The position numbers were made by a program, and so were the translations under genes. A stretch of DNA of 63,825 nucleotides, filler included, from Actinomycetota bacterium (GTDB taxonomy: Bacteria > Actinomycetota > CADDZG01 > JAHWKV01 > JAOPZY01): assembly GCA_025963875.1 (NCBI GenBank). It is 3 parts of 3 records of this genome, joined end to end, with 100 filler letters (N's around TTAATTAATTAA, not from the genome) between each part and the next. Parts side by side here need not be neighbours in the genome. Positions count along the whole stretch, not along the records: positions 27,835 to 59,330 come from JAOPZY010000265.1; 2 more parts are not named here. One strand, 5' to 3'. The notes under the pieces are model-generated. The model was given only the letters and a program-made list of their open reading frames with translations. It was not told the DNA's origin and did not search any database. Shown piece after piece: positions 38,290 to 47,679 of the stretch (within the stretch, counting starts at the first letter, position 1; every line of letters begins with the position of its first letter).

Positions 38290-38332
38290 AAAAGCACGAG
38301 GGCCGGCCCCCGGGGGGAAGGACCGGCCCTCG
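38290..38332 (-). terminator. intrinsic terminator downstream of groEL
   Basis: CGAGGGCCGG...CCGGCCCTCG stem followed on the minus strand by TGCTTTT. Confidence 0.65.
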
Positions 38333-38355
38333 CTTGGTGCTGGGAGGTACGGGAG

Positions 38356-39993
38356 TTAGAAGTCCATCCCGTCGCCGCCGTGCCCACCGGGCATGGCCGA
38401 TGCGCCTTCCTTCTGCGGCTTCTCGACGATGATCGCCTCGGTGGTGAGGAACAGCGCCGCGATCGACGATGCGTTCTGCAGCGCCGAGCGGGTCACCTTG
38501 GCGGGGTCGATGATGCCGGCCTTCATCAGGTCCTCGTACTCGCCGGTCGCGGCGTTGAGGCCGTGGCCCTTCGGGAGCTGGCGGACCTTCTCGACCACGA
38601 CGCCGCCCTCGAGGCCGGCGTTGGTGGCGATCTGCTTCAGGGGCGCCTCGAGCGAGCGGCGCACGATGATGACGCCCGAGCGCTCGTCGCCCTCGAGAGT
38701 CGACTCCAGCTTCTCCAGCGCGGAGGCCGAGAGCAGCAGGGTGGCCCCACCGCCGGGGACGATGCCCTCCTCGACCGCTGCCTTGGTCGCCTGGACGGCG
38801 TCCTCGATGCGGTGCTTCTTCTCCTTCAACTCCACCTCGGTGGCGGCGCCGACCTTGATGATGGCCACGCCACCGGCCAGCTTGGCGAGGCGCTCCTGCA
38901 GCTTCTCACGGTCGTAGTCCGAGTCGCTCTTCTCGAGCTCGGCCCGGATCTGGTTGACCCGGCCCTTGACCTTGTCGGGGTCGCCCTGGCCTTCGACGAC
39001 CGTGGTGTCGTCCTTGGTCACGATGACCTTGCGGGCCTGGCCGAGGAGGTTGACGGTCGCGTTCTCGAGCTTGAGGCCGACCTCCTCCGAGATGACGGTG
39101 GCGCCGGTGAGCACCGCGATGTCCTCGAGCATGGCCTTGCGGCGGTCGCCGAAGCCCGGTGCCTTGACGGCGACACTGCGGAACGTGCCACGGATCTTGT
39201 TGACGATGAGGGTGGCAAGCGCCTCGCCCTCGATGTCCTCGGCGATGATCAGGAGGGGCTTGCCCGCCTGCATGACCTTCTCGAGGATGGGCAGCAGGTC
39301 CTTCACTGCCGAGATCTTCGAGTTGGCGATGAGGATGTAGGGGTCGTCGAGGACCGCCTCCATGCGCTCGGGGTCCGTCACGAAGTACGGCGAGATGTAG
39401 CCCTTGTCAAAGCGCATGCCCTCGACGAGCTCCAGCTCGAGGCCGAAGGTCTGCGACTCCTCGACGGTGATGACGCCGTCCTTGCCCACCTTGTCGAACG
39501 CCTCGGCGATGATCTCGCCGATCTCCATGTCGTTGTTGGCGGAGATGGCGCCCACGTAGGCGATCTCGTCCTTGGACTCGATCTCCTTGGACTCGCCGAG
39601 GATGTAGGCGACGATCGCCTCGACCGCCTTCTCGATGCCCCGCTTGAGGGCGATGGGGTTGGCACCGGCGGCGACGACCCGCAGGCCCTCCTTGGTGATG
39701 GCCTGCGCCATGACCGTGGCGGTGGTGGTGCCGTCACCGGCTACGTCGTCGGTCTTCTTGGCGACTTCCTTGACCAGCTCGGCCCCCAGGCGCTCGAACG
39801 GGTCCTCGAGCTCGATCTCCTTGGCGATGGAGACGCCGTCGTTCGTGATCGTGGGGGCACCCCACTTCTTCTCCAGCACGACGTTGCGACCCTTGGGCCC
39901 GAGGGTGATCTTGACAGCGTTGGCCAAGATATCCATCCCCCGCTCCATGGAGCGACGTGCTTCCTCCTGGAACGCTAGTTGCTTGATAGCCAT
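38356..39993 (-). CDS. groL: chaperonin GroEL (no adjacent groES)
   Basis: [28 protein letters not shown]-terminal GGDGMDF. Confidence 0.98.
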   Translation of the reverse strand: MAIKQLAFQEEARRSMERGMDILANAVKITLGPKGRNVVLEKKWGAPTITNDGVSIAKEIELEDPFERLGAELVKEVAKKTDDVAGDGTTTATVMAQAITKEGLRVVAAGANPIALKRGIEKAVEAIVAYILGESKEIESKDEIAYVGAISANNDMEIGEIIAEAFDKVGKDGVITVEESQTFGLELELVEGMRFDKGYISPYFVTDPERMEAVLDDPYILIANSKISAVKDLLPILEKVMQAGKPLLIIAEDIEGEALATLIVNKIRGTFRSVAVKAPGFGDRRKAMLEDIAVLTGATVISEEVGLKLENATVNLLGQARKVIVTKDDTTVVEGQGDPDKVKGRVNQIRAELEKSDSDYDREKLQERLAKLAGGVAIIKVGAATEVELKEKKHRIEDAVQATKAAVEEGIVPGGGATLLLSASALEKLESTLEGDERSGVIIVRRSLEAPLKQIATNAGLEGGVVVEKVRQLPKGHGLNAATGEYEDLMKAGIIDPAKVTRSALQNASSIAALFLTTEAIIVEKPQKEGASAMPGGHGGDGMDF

Positions 39994-40094
39994 ATGCCTC
40001 CTCCTGTTGAACATCCGTTGAACTTCTGTTGAAACGTCGAACTTCCCACCGGGTTGCCGTCACCTCAAGCGTTCGCAAACGACGGCTGAGAGTG

Positions 40095-40121
40095 TTAGCA
40101 CTCACTAATCTAGAGTGCTAA
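40095..40121. promoter_or_regulatory. CIRCE element (HrcA operator)
   Basis: perfect TTAGCACTC-N9-GAGTGCTAA upstream of groEL. Confidence 0.97.
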
Positions 40122-40245
40122 CACGAGCTTGGCAAGTGGCGACATTCCGGACCCCCGTGGAGGCCTCCGGGACCGTCTCGAGGGGTATGCGCCCTCGTTG
40201 CGGCCCACTTTGAATTAGCCCTATTGCTCCGGTATCATTTATGTT

Positions 40246-40704
40246 ATGTCTCGGCCCGGTCAGGTGGACTCCATGGTTCCTCGGGGGAAGGCCGCCTTCC
40301 ATGCCCTCCTGCCGGTCGCCGCCTTCCTCGTCGACAAGCCCTTCGCCCCCGCCGGCAAGGTGATCATCGCCCTCACCGCACTGGCCATGACGGTCAGCGT
40401 GGCGGGAGGGCCCCGGTGGTCGCTGTTCGGCCGTCTGTTCCAGCAGGTGGTCCGGCCGGCCATGAAGATCGGTCCCGGCACCCTCGAGGCCGCGGCGCCG
40501 CACCGGTTCGCCGAACTGGTGGGCGCCGTCTTCCTCCTGGCGGCCACGGTGGCCTTCGTCCTCGGCGTCCCGGTACTGGGATGGGCGCTGTCCCTGCTGG
40601 TCGCGGCGCTGGCGGCGCTCAACTGGCTGGCCGGTTTCTGTGTCGGCTGCCAGATGTACGTGATCCTGCGCCGCTTTGGCGCCCGGGCGCCCCGGGGAGC
40701 CTGA
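40246..40704 (+). CDS. DUF4395-like membrane protein
   Basis: PHRFAELVG...ALNWLAGFCVGCQMY motif. Confidence 0.8.
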   Translation: MSRPGQVDSMVPRGKAAFHALLPVAAFLVDKPFAPAGKVIIALTALAMTVSVAGGPRWSLFGRLFQQVVRPAMKIGPGTLEAAAPHRFAELVGAVFLLAATVAFVLGVPVLGWALSLLVAALAALNWLAGFCVGCQMYVILRRFGARAPRGA

Positions 40705-40705
40705 G

Positions 40706-41116
40706 ATGTTCATCCGGCTGGCCATCCTCGCCGGTGTCGCCCTCGCCGTCTGGGCGGTGTTGTGGGGGCTGCGGCGCTACGCCGCCAACGCCAGGACGCC
40801 CGAGCGGTTCGACGCCGCCGATGCGACCGGCGGAGCGGCGGAGCCCTCCGCCATGCTCGTGACGTTCAGCGGTCCCTACTGCCTGGAGTGCGAGGAGGTC
40901 CTGCCGCGCCTTCGGGCGGCCTCTGCGGCGCACGCCGTGCCGCTCAAGGTCATCGACATCAAGGAGAGCCCCCAGCTGGCCGCCAAGTACGACGTGCGGC
41001 TCACGCCGACCACCTTCGTCGTGGGATCGGGCGGGACGGTGCAGGCCGGTTGGCTCGGCACGCCGCCCGAAGGCGCCGTCGAGCAGGCCCTGGCGGCAGT
41101 AGCGGTCGCCGTCTAG
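40706..41116 (+). CDS. membrane-anchored thioredoxin-fold protein (ThiX-like)
   Basis: N-terminal TM helix, FSGPYCLEC, LTPTT cis-Pro motif. Confidence 0.82.
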   Translation: MFIRLAILAGVALAVWAVLWGLRRYAANARTPERFDAADATGGAAEPSAMLVTFSGPYCLECEEVLPRLRAASAAHAVPLKVIDIKESPQLAAKYDVRLTPTTFVVGSGGTVQAGWLGTPPEGAVEQALAAVAVAV

Positions 41117-41124
41117 CGAAGTAG

Positions 41125-41165
41125 ATTGCGCCAAAAAGATTGCCTGCCAGTCTTTTTGACCCAAA
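41125..41165. repeat. dispersed 12-N17-12 palindrome, copy 2
   Basis: ATTGCGCCAAAA-N17-TTTTGACCCAAA, flanked by GTAG...CTAC, between convergent stop codons. Confidence 0.72.
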
Positions 41166-41459
41166 CTACGAAGGCATCGGGTCCTGGCCCCCGGCGACGG
41201 CAGGCAGGATCACCACCACCTCGCCGTCCTTCAGGGGCGTGTCGATACCTTCGAGGAACCTGACGTCCTCGTCCCCGACGTAGAGATTGACGAAGCGGCG
41301 GATCTCGCCGCCCTCGTCGAGCACCCGCTCGAGCAGCTCCGGGTGGTCACCGCCCACCTTCTCCAGCAGTTCGCGGATACTGGCGGCCTCGACGTCCAGC
41401 TCGGGCGCCCCGCCCGTGAGCTGGCGGAGCTGCGTGGGGACCTTCAATCGAACGCTCAT
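41166..41459 (-). CDS. MoaD/ThiS/CysO-type ubiquitin-like sulfur carrier with C-terminal extension
   Basis: RRFVNLYVGDEDVRFL...ILPAVAGG followed by QDPMPS. Confidence 0.9.
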   Translation of the reverse strand: MSVRLKVPTQLRQLTGGAPELDVEAASIRELLEKVGGDHPELLERVLDEGGEIRRFVNLYVGDEDVRFLEGIDTPLKDGEVVVILPAVAGGQDPMPS

Positions 41460-41493
41460 GGACACATCCTCTCGTAACGACGGGCGGGGCCGC

Positions 41494-42744
41494 TCAGGCG
41501 GGGCCTTCGAGGTCGAGGAAGTCCAGGGCCTGCCGGAAGGCCTCGAGGTCGGGCTGGATCTCGACCGTGGGCCCCAGCCGGCCGGACAGCGCCTCGGCGG
41601 TCTTGAGTCCCATCCCGGTGAGCAGGGCCACGACCCGCCCGTCGTCCTGGAAGGCCCCGGCGGCCGCCATCCGCTTCAGGGCGGCGATGGTGACCCCTCC
41701 GGCGGTCTCGGTGAAGAGGCCCTCGGTCGAGGCGAGCAGCCGGATCCCGGCGATGATCTCGTCGTCGCTCACCGCCTCGGCGGTGCCTTCGGTCTTCCGC
41801 ACCACCCTCGCGGCGTAGTACCCGTCGGCCGGGTTGCCGATGGCGAGCGACTTGGCGATCGTCTGGGGCTTCACGGGCCGGATGTGGTCGATCCCGCTGC
41901 GGAAGGCCGCCACGATGGGGCTGCATCCCTCCGCCTGGGCGAGGTGGATGCTGGTGGCGGGCTCGGTGTCGAGGAGACCGACGCGGTGCAGCTCGGACAG
42001 ACCGCGGTGGACCTTGGTGAGCAGCGAGCCCGACGCCGCCGGAACGACGATGTGCTCGGGAGCCTCCCAGCCCAGCTGCTCGACCACCTCGAACGCCAGG
42101 GTCTTGGAACCCTCGGAGTAGAACGGTCGCAGGTTGACGTTGAGGAAGCCCCAGGGCATGGTCTGGGCGATCTCGGAGCACAGCCGGTTCACGTGGTCGT
42201 AGTTGCCCTTGACCGCCACGACGTTGGCGCCGTAGACGGCGGTGGTGATGATCTTGGCCTCCTCGAGGTCGGCCGGGATGAAGACGAAGGCGCGGAGCCC
42301 CACCCGCGCGGCGTGGGCGGCCACCGAGTTGGCCAGGTTGCCCGTCGAGGCGCAGGCGACGGTGGTGAAGCCCATGGCGCGGGCGGCCGTCAGGGCCACC
42401 GTGACCACCCGGTCCTTGAAGGAGTGGGTGGGATTGGCCATGTCGTTCTTCAGGTAGAGGTGCTTGATCCCGAGTTCCCGGGCGAGGTTGTCCGCCTTGA
42501 TGAGCGGCGTGCAGCCGGTCCCGAGATCGACGCGCTCGACGCCGTCGCCGATGGGCAGCAGCGGGCTGTAGCGCCAGATCGTTCGTGGCCCGGCCTCGAT
42601 GCCGGCCCGGGTGACCGATGCCGCGATGGCGTCGTAGTCGTAGACCGGCTCCAGGGGGCCGAAGCAGAATTCGCACACGTGGACGGGCGCGACTGCGTAC
42701 GTCCGGTCGCATTCCCGGCACCGCAACTCCCGTACCTGCGCCAT
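41494..42744 (-). CDS. thrC: threonine-synthase-like PLP enzyme (sulfur-carrier-associated type)
   Basis: N-terminal CREC...CEFC, NPTHSFKDR, ACASTGN; cotranscribed with the sulfur carrier. Confidence 0.85.
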   Translation of the reverse strand: MAQVRELRCRECDRTYAVAPVHVCEFCFGPLEPVYDYDAIAASVTRAGIEAGPRTIWRYSPLLPIGDGVERVDLGTGCTPLIKADNLARELGIKHLYLKNDMANPTHSFKDRVVTVALTAARAMGFTTVACASTGNLANSVAAHAARVGLRAFVFIPADLEEAKIITTAVYGANVVAVKGNYDHVNRLCSEIAQTMPWGFLNVNLRPFYSEGSKTLAFEVVEQLGWEAPEHIVVPAASGSLLTKVHRGLSELHRVGLLDTEPATSIHLAQAEGCSPIVAAFRSGIDHIRPVKPQTIAKSLAIGNPADGYYAARVVRKTEGTAEAVSDDEIIAGIRLLASTEGLFTETAGGVTIAALKRMAAAGAFQDDGRVVALLTGMGLKTAEALSGRLGPTVEIQPDLEAFRQALDFLDLEGPA

Positions 42745-42863
42745 CCGTCCGCCTTTGGGGTTTCGTGGGGCCGCTTTTTCGTCGGTCGGCGTCAATGCTA
42801 TCTTGTCCCCGTCTGGCCGCCGGAGGGTTGCGGGGCGGCCGTGGTCGGGAAGTTTGGCACGGG

Positions 42864-44363
42864 ATGAACGAATCGTTGGACCGCGACACCCTCCCCGGAG
42901 GCCTGGTCATCGCCTCCAACCGCGGTCCTGTGACGTTCCAGCGGGGGCCGGACGGCGAGTTGATCCCCAAGCGCGGGGCCGGGGGCCTGGTCACCGCCCT
43001 CACCCATGTCATGGCGGACACGGGCGGGCTGTGGCTTGCGGCGGCGATCACGCCCGGCGACCGCGAGATGGTCCGCCGGCAGGGCAGCGAACCCATCGAG
43101 ATCCCGGTCGAGCAGGGGGCGCTCCGGCTCCGCTATCTGACCTTCGAGCGGGAGACCTACGACCGCTACTACAACCGCATCTCCAACTGGATGTTCTGGT
43201 TCCTGCAGCACAGCATGTGGAACCTGCCCCAGCACCCCCGTTTCGACCGCGAGACCCGCATCTCCTGGGACGCGTACCGGCGGGTGAACCGGCGCTTCGC
43301 CGAGGCCCTCGCCGAGGAGACGGCGGACGCGGGCGGAGCCACCCCGGTCGTCCTCCACGACTACCACCTGATGCTGGTCGCCCCCCACCTGCGGGCGCTG
43401 GTGCCGGACGGCTTCATCTACCACTTCACCCACATCCCCTGGTGCCAGCCCGATCTCATGCGCGTCCTGCCGGCCAGGATGGGGGTCGAGACGCTGGAGG
43501 GCATGCTCGCCAACGACCTCCTCGGCTTCCAGGCCGTCCGCTGGGCGCGCAACTTCATGTGGTGCTGCCAGGACCTGTTGCGGGCGGAGGTCGACTTCGA
43601 GACCGGCCTCATCCGCTACCAGGACCGGCAGATCCGGGTCCGCCACTACCCGATCTCCATCGATGTCGAGTCGATCCGGGCCATCGTTGCCTCCGAAGAG
43701 GCCGCCCAGCACCTCGCCTGGCTGGACGGGATCCTGGAGGGCCGGAAGCTTGTCCTGCGTATCGACCGCATGGAGCTCTCGAAGAACATCGTCCGGGGCC
43801 TGCAGGCCTTCGAGGAGATGCTGAAGGAGCACCCGGAGTGGCGGGGGAAGGTGACCCACGTCGCCCTGCTCTACCCGTCCCGGCGGGCGTTGTGGGAGTA
43901 CCGCGCCTACGAGGCCGAGGTCCTCGACAACTGCGACCGCATCAACAGCGACCTGGGGACCGACGACTGGCAGCCGATCGTCATCATCAACGAGGACAAC
44001 TACCCCCGTGCGCTGGCGAGTTTGACGCGCTACGACGTGCTGCTGGTGAACCCCATCGCCGACGGGATGAACCTGGTCTCCAAGGAGGGCCCGGCCGTGA
44101 ACCGCACCGACGGCGTCCTGGTGCTGTCCCGCAACGCCGGCTCGTGGTACGAGCTCGGCCACGCCGCCCTGACGGTCAACCCGTACGACGTGAGCGAGAT
44201 GGCCGAGGCCATCCACACCGCCCTCACCATGGAACCGCAGGACCGGGCGACGAGGGCGGAGCTGCTGGCGGAGGTCGTGGAGCGCAACAGTCCCTGGAAG
44301 TGGCTGAGCCACCAGCTGGAGGACATCTCCCCCTACCTGAGCCGGGCCCCCGCTCGCTCCTGA
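42864..44363 (+). CDS. otsA: trehalose-6-phosphate synthase (GT20)
   Basis: IASNRGP, GGLV, HDYHL, HIPW, DGMNLVSKE. Confidence 0.9.
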   Translation: MNESLDRDTLPGGLVIASNRGPVTFQRGPDGELIPKRGAGGLVTALTHVMADTGGLWLAAAITPGDREMVRRQGSEPIEIPVEQGALRLRYLTFERETYDRYYNRISNWMFWFLQHSMWNLPQHPRFDRETRISWDAYRRVNRRFAEALAEETADAGGATPVVLHDYHLMLVAPHLRALVPDGFIYHFTHIPWCQPDLMRVLPARMGVETLEGMLANDLLGFQAVRWARNFMWCCQDLLRAEVDFETGLIRYQDRQIRVRHYPISIDVESIRAIVASEEAAQHLAWLDGILEGRKLVLRIDRMELSKNIVRGLQAFEEMLKEHPEWRGKVTHVALLYPSRRALWEYRAYEAEVLDNCDRINSDLGTDDWQPIVIINEDNYPRALASLTRYDVLLVNPIADGMNLVSKEGPAVNRTDGVLVLSRNAGSWYELGHAALTVNPYDVSEMAEAIHTALTMEPQDRATRAELLAEVVERNSPWKWLSHQLEDISPYLSRAPARS

Positions 44364-44375
44364 CGGGCCACCGCG

Positions 44376-45170
44376 TCAGGCGAAGCGGCTGAGGAGCTCC
44401 AGCACGCCCTCGGGTCCGGGGACCATCACGTCGGCCACCTGTTCCAGCTCCGCCGGAGCCTCCGGCGACCGGACACCGATCCGCAGGGCGTCCGCACCCA
44501 GCAGCTCCCCCGCCCGGCGCAGCGCTCCGACGTCGGCCACGTCGTCCCCGGCCACCACCAGCCTGCGGATGCCCTCGCCGGCGATCAGGCGCTCGAGTGC
44601 GTCGGCCTTTGTCGGCCCCGGTGGCGTGAGCTCTATCACCATCTTGCCCGGGCGGAGCTGCAGTCCGGTGGCCGCAGCTCGGTCCACCGCCCAGGCCGCG
44701 ATGGCATCGCCGGCACCGGGTGAGGTCGCGTTGCGGTAGTGCAGGGCGACGGAGTGTCCCTTGTCCTCGACCTCCGCGCCCGTGAGGGCCTCGCGCTGGA
44801 GGAAGGCCTTCGCTTCGTCGACCAAGCCGACGGAGGGGCGGCTGGGTGCCAGGACCGCCCGGCCCACTCCCACACGGCGCCTTGAGGGGCGGCCCGGTTG
44901 CAGCTCCTCGGCGCCGTAGAGACCGAGGTACCGCACGCCTTTGGCCGGGATCAGCCCCGAGACGTCCTCGGCCCGCCGCCCGGACAGGATGGCCACCAGC
45001 GGATAGCGTCCGGCCAGCGTCGCCAGAACGCCGGATGCGCCGGGCAGGGCGCTGGCCTCGGCGGGCGTGGGGGCGATCCCGGACAGTGTCCCGTCGAAGT
45101 CGAGGACGAAGCCGGCCACCGCCGGGTCCTCCCGCACGGCCCTGACGAACGCATCCAGATTGTGTTCCAT
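44376..45170 (-). CDS. otsB: trehalose-6-phosphate phosphatase (HAD IIB)
   Basis: DFDGTLS, SGR, EDKG...LHYR, GDDVAD. Confidence 0.88.
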   Translation of the reverse strand: MEHNLDAFVRAVREDPAVAGFVLDFDGTLSGIAPTPAEASALPGASGVLATLAGRYPLVAILSGRRAEDVSGLIPAKGVRYLGLYGAEELQPGRPSRRRVGVGRAVLAPSRPSVGLVDEAKAFLQREALTGAEVEDKGHSVALHYRNATSPGAGDAIAAWAVDRAAATGLQLRPGKMVIELTPPGPTKADALERLIAGEGIRRLVVAGDDVADVGALRRAGELLGADALRIGVRSPEAPAELEQVADVMVPGPEGVLELLSRFA

Positions 45171-45195
45171 CACCGTTCCCGCGACGCTACCCCAG

Positions 45196-45966
45196 ATGAA
45201 GCCAGCCGTCGCGGCCCTGATGCTGCTGTGCCTCGCCGCCGGGGGATGCGGCGGCGGCACGGCATCGCTGCGCTACGCCTACCCGCAGGGACAGGTCACG
45301 ACCTACCGGTGGACGGTGGACGCCACGACCACTCCGTCCGGGGCCCCCGGCCGCTCCCTCCACCTCGAGGCGGTGGTCCGCGAGCGGGTCGTGGGGAGGC
45401 TCGGCGGGGGCGGCGGCCGCCTGGAGGCGGTGCTCGAGCCGGGCGAGGCCGTGCAGGACGGCCGGCACGTCAACCCTGGCCCGGCCCTCACCCTGGATCT
45501 CGACGTCGGGCCGGACGGCCACGTCACGCGGGTGGGCGCAACGTCCAGCGTCCCCGCCGGGGCAGTGGGTTCCCTGGGACTGGACCGGCTGCTGGCCGAG
45601 AGCCGGCCGCCGCTGCCGGCCAGAGGGGTGCGCCTTCGGGACCGGTGGAACGCCGACCTCGCCGCGTTCGCCCCCGCCTCCGGCGGCGGGAGCACCATCG
45701 ACCTCGTGGGCACGGCCCGCCTCGAACGCTTCGTCCTGCGGGACGGGCGGCGCATCGCCGCCTTGACGATCGAACGGCGGGGCCGGGTCGCCACGGGGTC
45801 CGACGGCCCGGACGCCACCGGCACGGCGACCGACAGCACGACGGCGGAGTTCGACCTCGACCGGGGCCTCGTCATCGACGCCACGTCGAAGGCCCTCACG
45901 AACGTGACGTTTGCGTCGGGTCCGGTGCAGGTGGCCCTGACCGCCCGGATGACCCTCGGCGGCTAG
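45196..45966 (+). CDS. hypothetical beta-rich lipoprotein
   Basis: signal peptide ending AGGC; GC3-biased ORF filling the gap between neighbours. Confidence 0.6.
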   Translation: MKPAVAALMLLCLAAGGCGGGTASLRYAYPQGQVTTYRWTVDATTTPSGAPGRSLHLEAVVRERVVGRLGGGGGRLEAVLEPGEAVQDGRHVNPGPALTLDLDVGPDGHVTRVGATSSVPAGAVGSLGLDRLLAESRPPLPARGVRLRDRWNADLAAFAPASGGGSTIDLVGTARLERFVLRDGRRIAALTIERRGRVATGSDGPDATGTATDSTTAEFDLDRGLVIDATSKALTNVTFASGPVQVALTARMTLGG

Positions 45967-45985
45967 GCCGTGACGGAACCGGCCC

Positions 45986-46258
45986 TCAGGAGTGCTGGGC
46001 GCCGAGGCGGCGGGCCACCCGCTCGCGCTGGCGGAAGGCCCGGAGGCGCTGGAGGCGCTTCACGAGGATGGGGTCGTAGGCGACGGCCTCCGGCATGTCG
46101 ATGATCTGGTTGAGGAGCTGGTAGTAGCGCGTGGCCGACATGTCCAGGCTCTCCTTGATGGCACGCTCCTTGGCCCCCGCGTACTTCCACCAGAAGCGCT
46201 CGAACTCAAGGATCTGGCGTTCCCGGTCGCCGAAGTCCGAACCCTGACCCTCCTCCAC
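45986..46258 (-). CDS. DUF3263-like small protein
   Basis: ILEFERFWWKYAGAKE.AI...MSATRYYQ.LN..ID...DP.LVKRL.RLR. Confidence 0.88.
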   Translation of the reverse strand: MEEGQGSDFGDRERQILEFERFWWKYAGAKERAIKESLDMSATRYYQLLNQIIDMPEAVAYDPILVKRLQRLRAFRQRERVARRLGAQHS

Positions 46259-46354
46259 GTCCCGACCTCCTCGACCCTTGACTCACCTGGGGACTTACAC
46301 GGATGTAACTTCGAGTCAGCTTAGGCATCCAGCGCCGCCTTTGCAACCACCAGC

Positions 46355-47602
46355 TCACGGGTACAGGCCGCGCACCCGCCAGGCTTCGGCTACCCGGGAG
46401 ACCCCCAGGACCGTGGCGGCCTGGCGCATGGTCCACCCCTTCTCCCTGGTCATGCCGTAGACCTCGAGGAAGGCACGCTCCATGATCTGCCGCAGGCGGC
46501 GGTTCACCTCTTCCTCGGACCAGAAGAACGCCTGGAGGTCCTGGACCCACTCGAAGTACGAGACGACCACGCCACCGGCATTGGCCATGACGTCGGGGAC
46601 GATGAGGACCTTGCGGTCGTTGAGTGCCCGGTCCGCGGCGGGGGTGGTGGGCCCGTTGGCGCCCTCGGCGATGAGCCGTGCCCGGACCCGGTCGACGTTG
46701 GATTCGTTGATCACGCCCTCGACCGCCGCTGGGACGAGGACGTCCACGTCGAGCGCCAGCAGGTCGGCATTGGCGATGGGGTCCGCGCCCGGGAAACCGC
46801 CGACCGAGCCGCACTCCCGCACGTGGCGAACGACCGCCTCCGGGTCGAGGCCCCGCTCGTTGTGGATGCCACCGCTCAAGTCCGAGACGGCGATGATCCG
46901 GCACCCCTGGTCGTGGAGGAGCTTGGCGACGCTGCTGCCCACCTTGCCGAAGCCCTGGACGGCGACCGACACGTCGTCGACCCCCATGCCGAGCGTCTTG
47001 AAGGCCGAGAGGATCTGGTACATGACGCCGCGGCCCGTCGCCTCCGGCCTTCCCTCAGAGCCGCCGATCGAGACCGGCTTGCCCGTCACCACACCGGGGA
47101 CCGAGTGGCCGACGTTGACCGAGTAGGTGTCCATGATCCAGGCCATGATCTGTCCGTCCGTGTTCAGGTCGGGCGCCGGGATGTCGCGGTTGGGGCCGAT
47201 GAACGGCAGGATCTCCGAGGCGTAGCGGCGGGTCATCCGCTCGACCTCGTGCCTGGACATGCCGTGGGGGTCCACGCGGATGCCCCCCTTGGCCCCCCCG
47301 TAGGGCACGTTGACGACGGCGCATTTCCACGTCATCGCCATGGCCAGGGCCTTCACGTCGTCCAGCGTGGTGTCGGGGTGGTACCGGATCCCGCCCTTGG
47401 CGGGCCCCCGGGTGACGTCGTGGTGCACCCGGTAGCCGGTGTAGACGTTCACGTCCCCGGAATCGAGACGGACAGGCACCGAGACGATGAGGGAACGCTT
47501 CGGCTGGCGCAGGATCTGGTGGATGGCGGTGTCAAGGCCCATCAGGGCCGCCGCCTCGTCGAAGTACTCGAGCGCGGCGTCCCACGGATTCAACGACTCC
47601 AC
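46355..47602 (-). CDS. gdhA: Glu/Leu/Phe/Val dehydrogenase (glutamate dehydrogenase)
   Basis: KGGIRYHP, YGGAKGG, DIPAPD, QGFGKVG, EGANGPT. Confidence 0.92.
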   Translation of the reverse strand: MESLNPWDAALEYFDEAAALMGLDTAIHQILRQPKRSLIVSVPVRLDSGDVNVYTGYRVHHDVTRGPAKGGIRYHPDTTLDDVKALAMAMTWKCAVVNVPYGGAKGGIRVDPHGMSRHEVERMTRRYASEILPFIGPNRDIPAPDLNTDGQIMAWIMDTYSVNVGHSVPGVVTGKPVSIGGSEGRPEATGRGVMYQILSAFKTLGMGVDDVSVAVQGFGKVGSSVAKLLHDQGCRIIAVSDLSGGIHNERGLDPEAVVRHVRECGSVGGFPGADPIANADLLALDVDVLVPAAVEGVINESNVDRVRARLIAEGANGPTTPAADRALNDRKVLIVPDVMANAGGVVVSYFEWVQDLQAFFWSEEEVNRRLRQIMERAFLEVYGMTREKGWTMRQAATVLGVSRVAEAWRVRGLYP

Positions 47603-47679
47603 GGCCCCCGCACCCTTTCTCGACCGCCGGTTCGCCCTAGTGGGAAGCTATTGGGAAGCGGCTGGGAAGCGGCCCAATC

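Noticed and set aside
38356..40121. groEL without groES as unusual
   Set aside because: A monocistronic CIRCE-controlled groEL2 is normal in Actinomycetota.
42745..42863. SAM riboswitch upstream of the thrC-like gene
   Set aside because: Gap is short, shared with the otsA promoter, and lacks recognisable SAM-I/IV core motifs.
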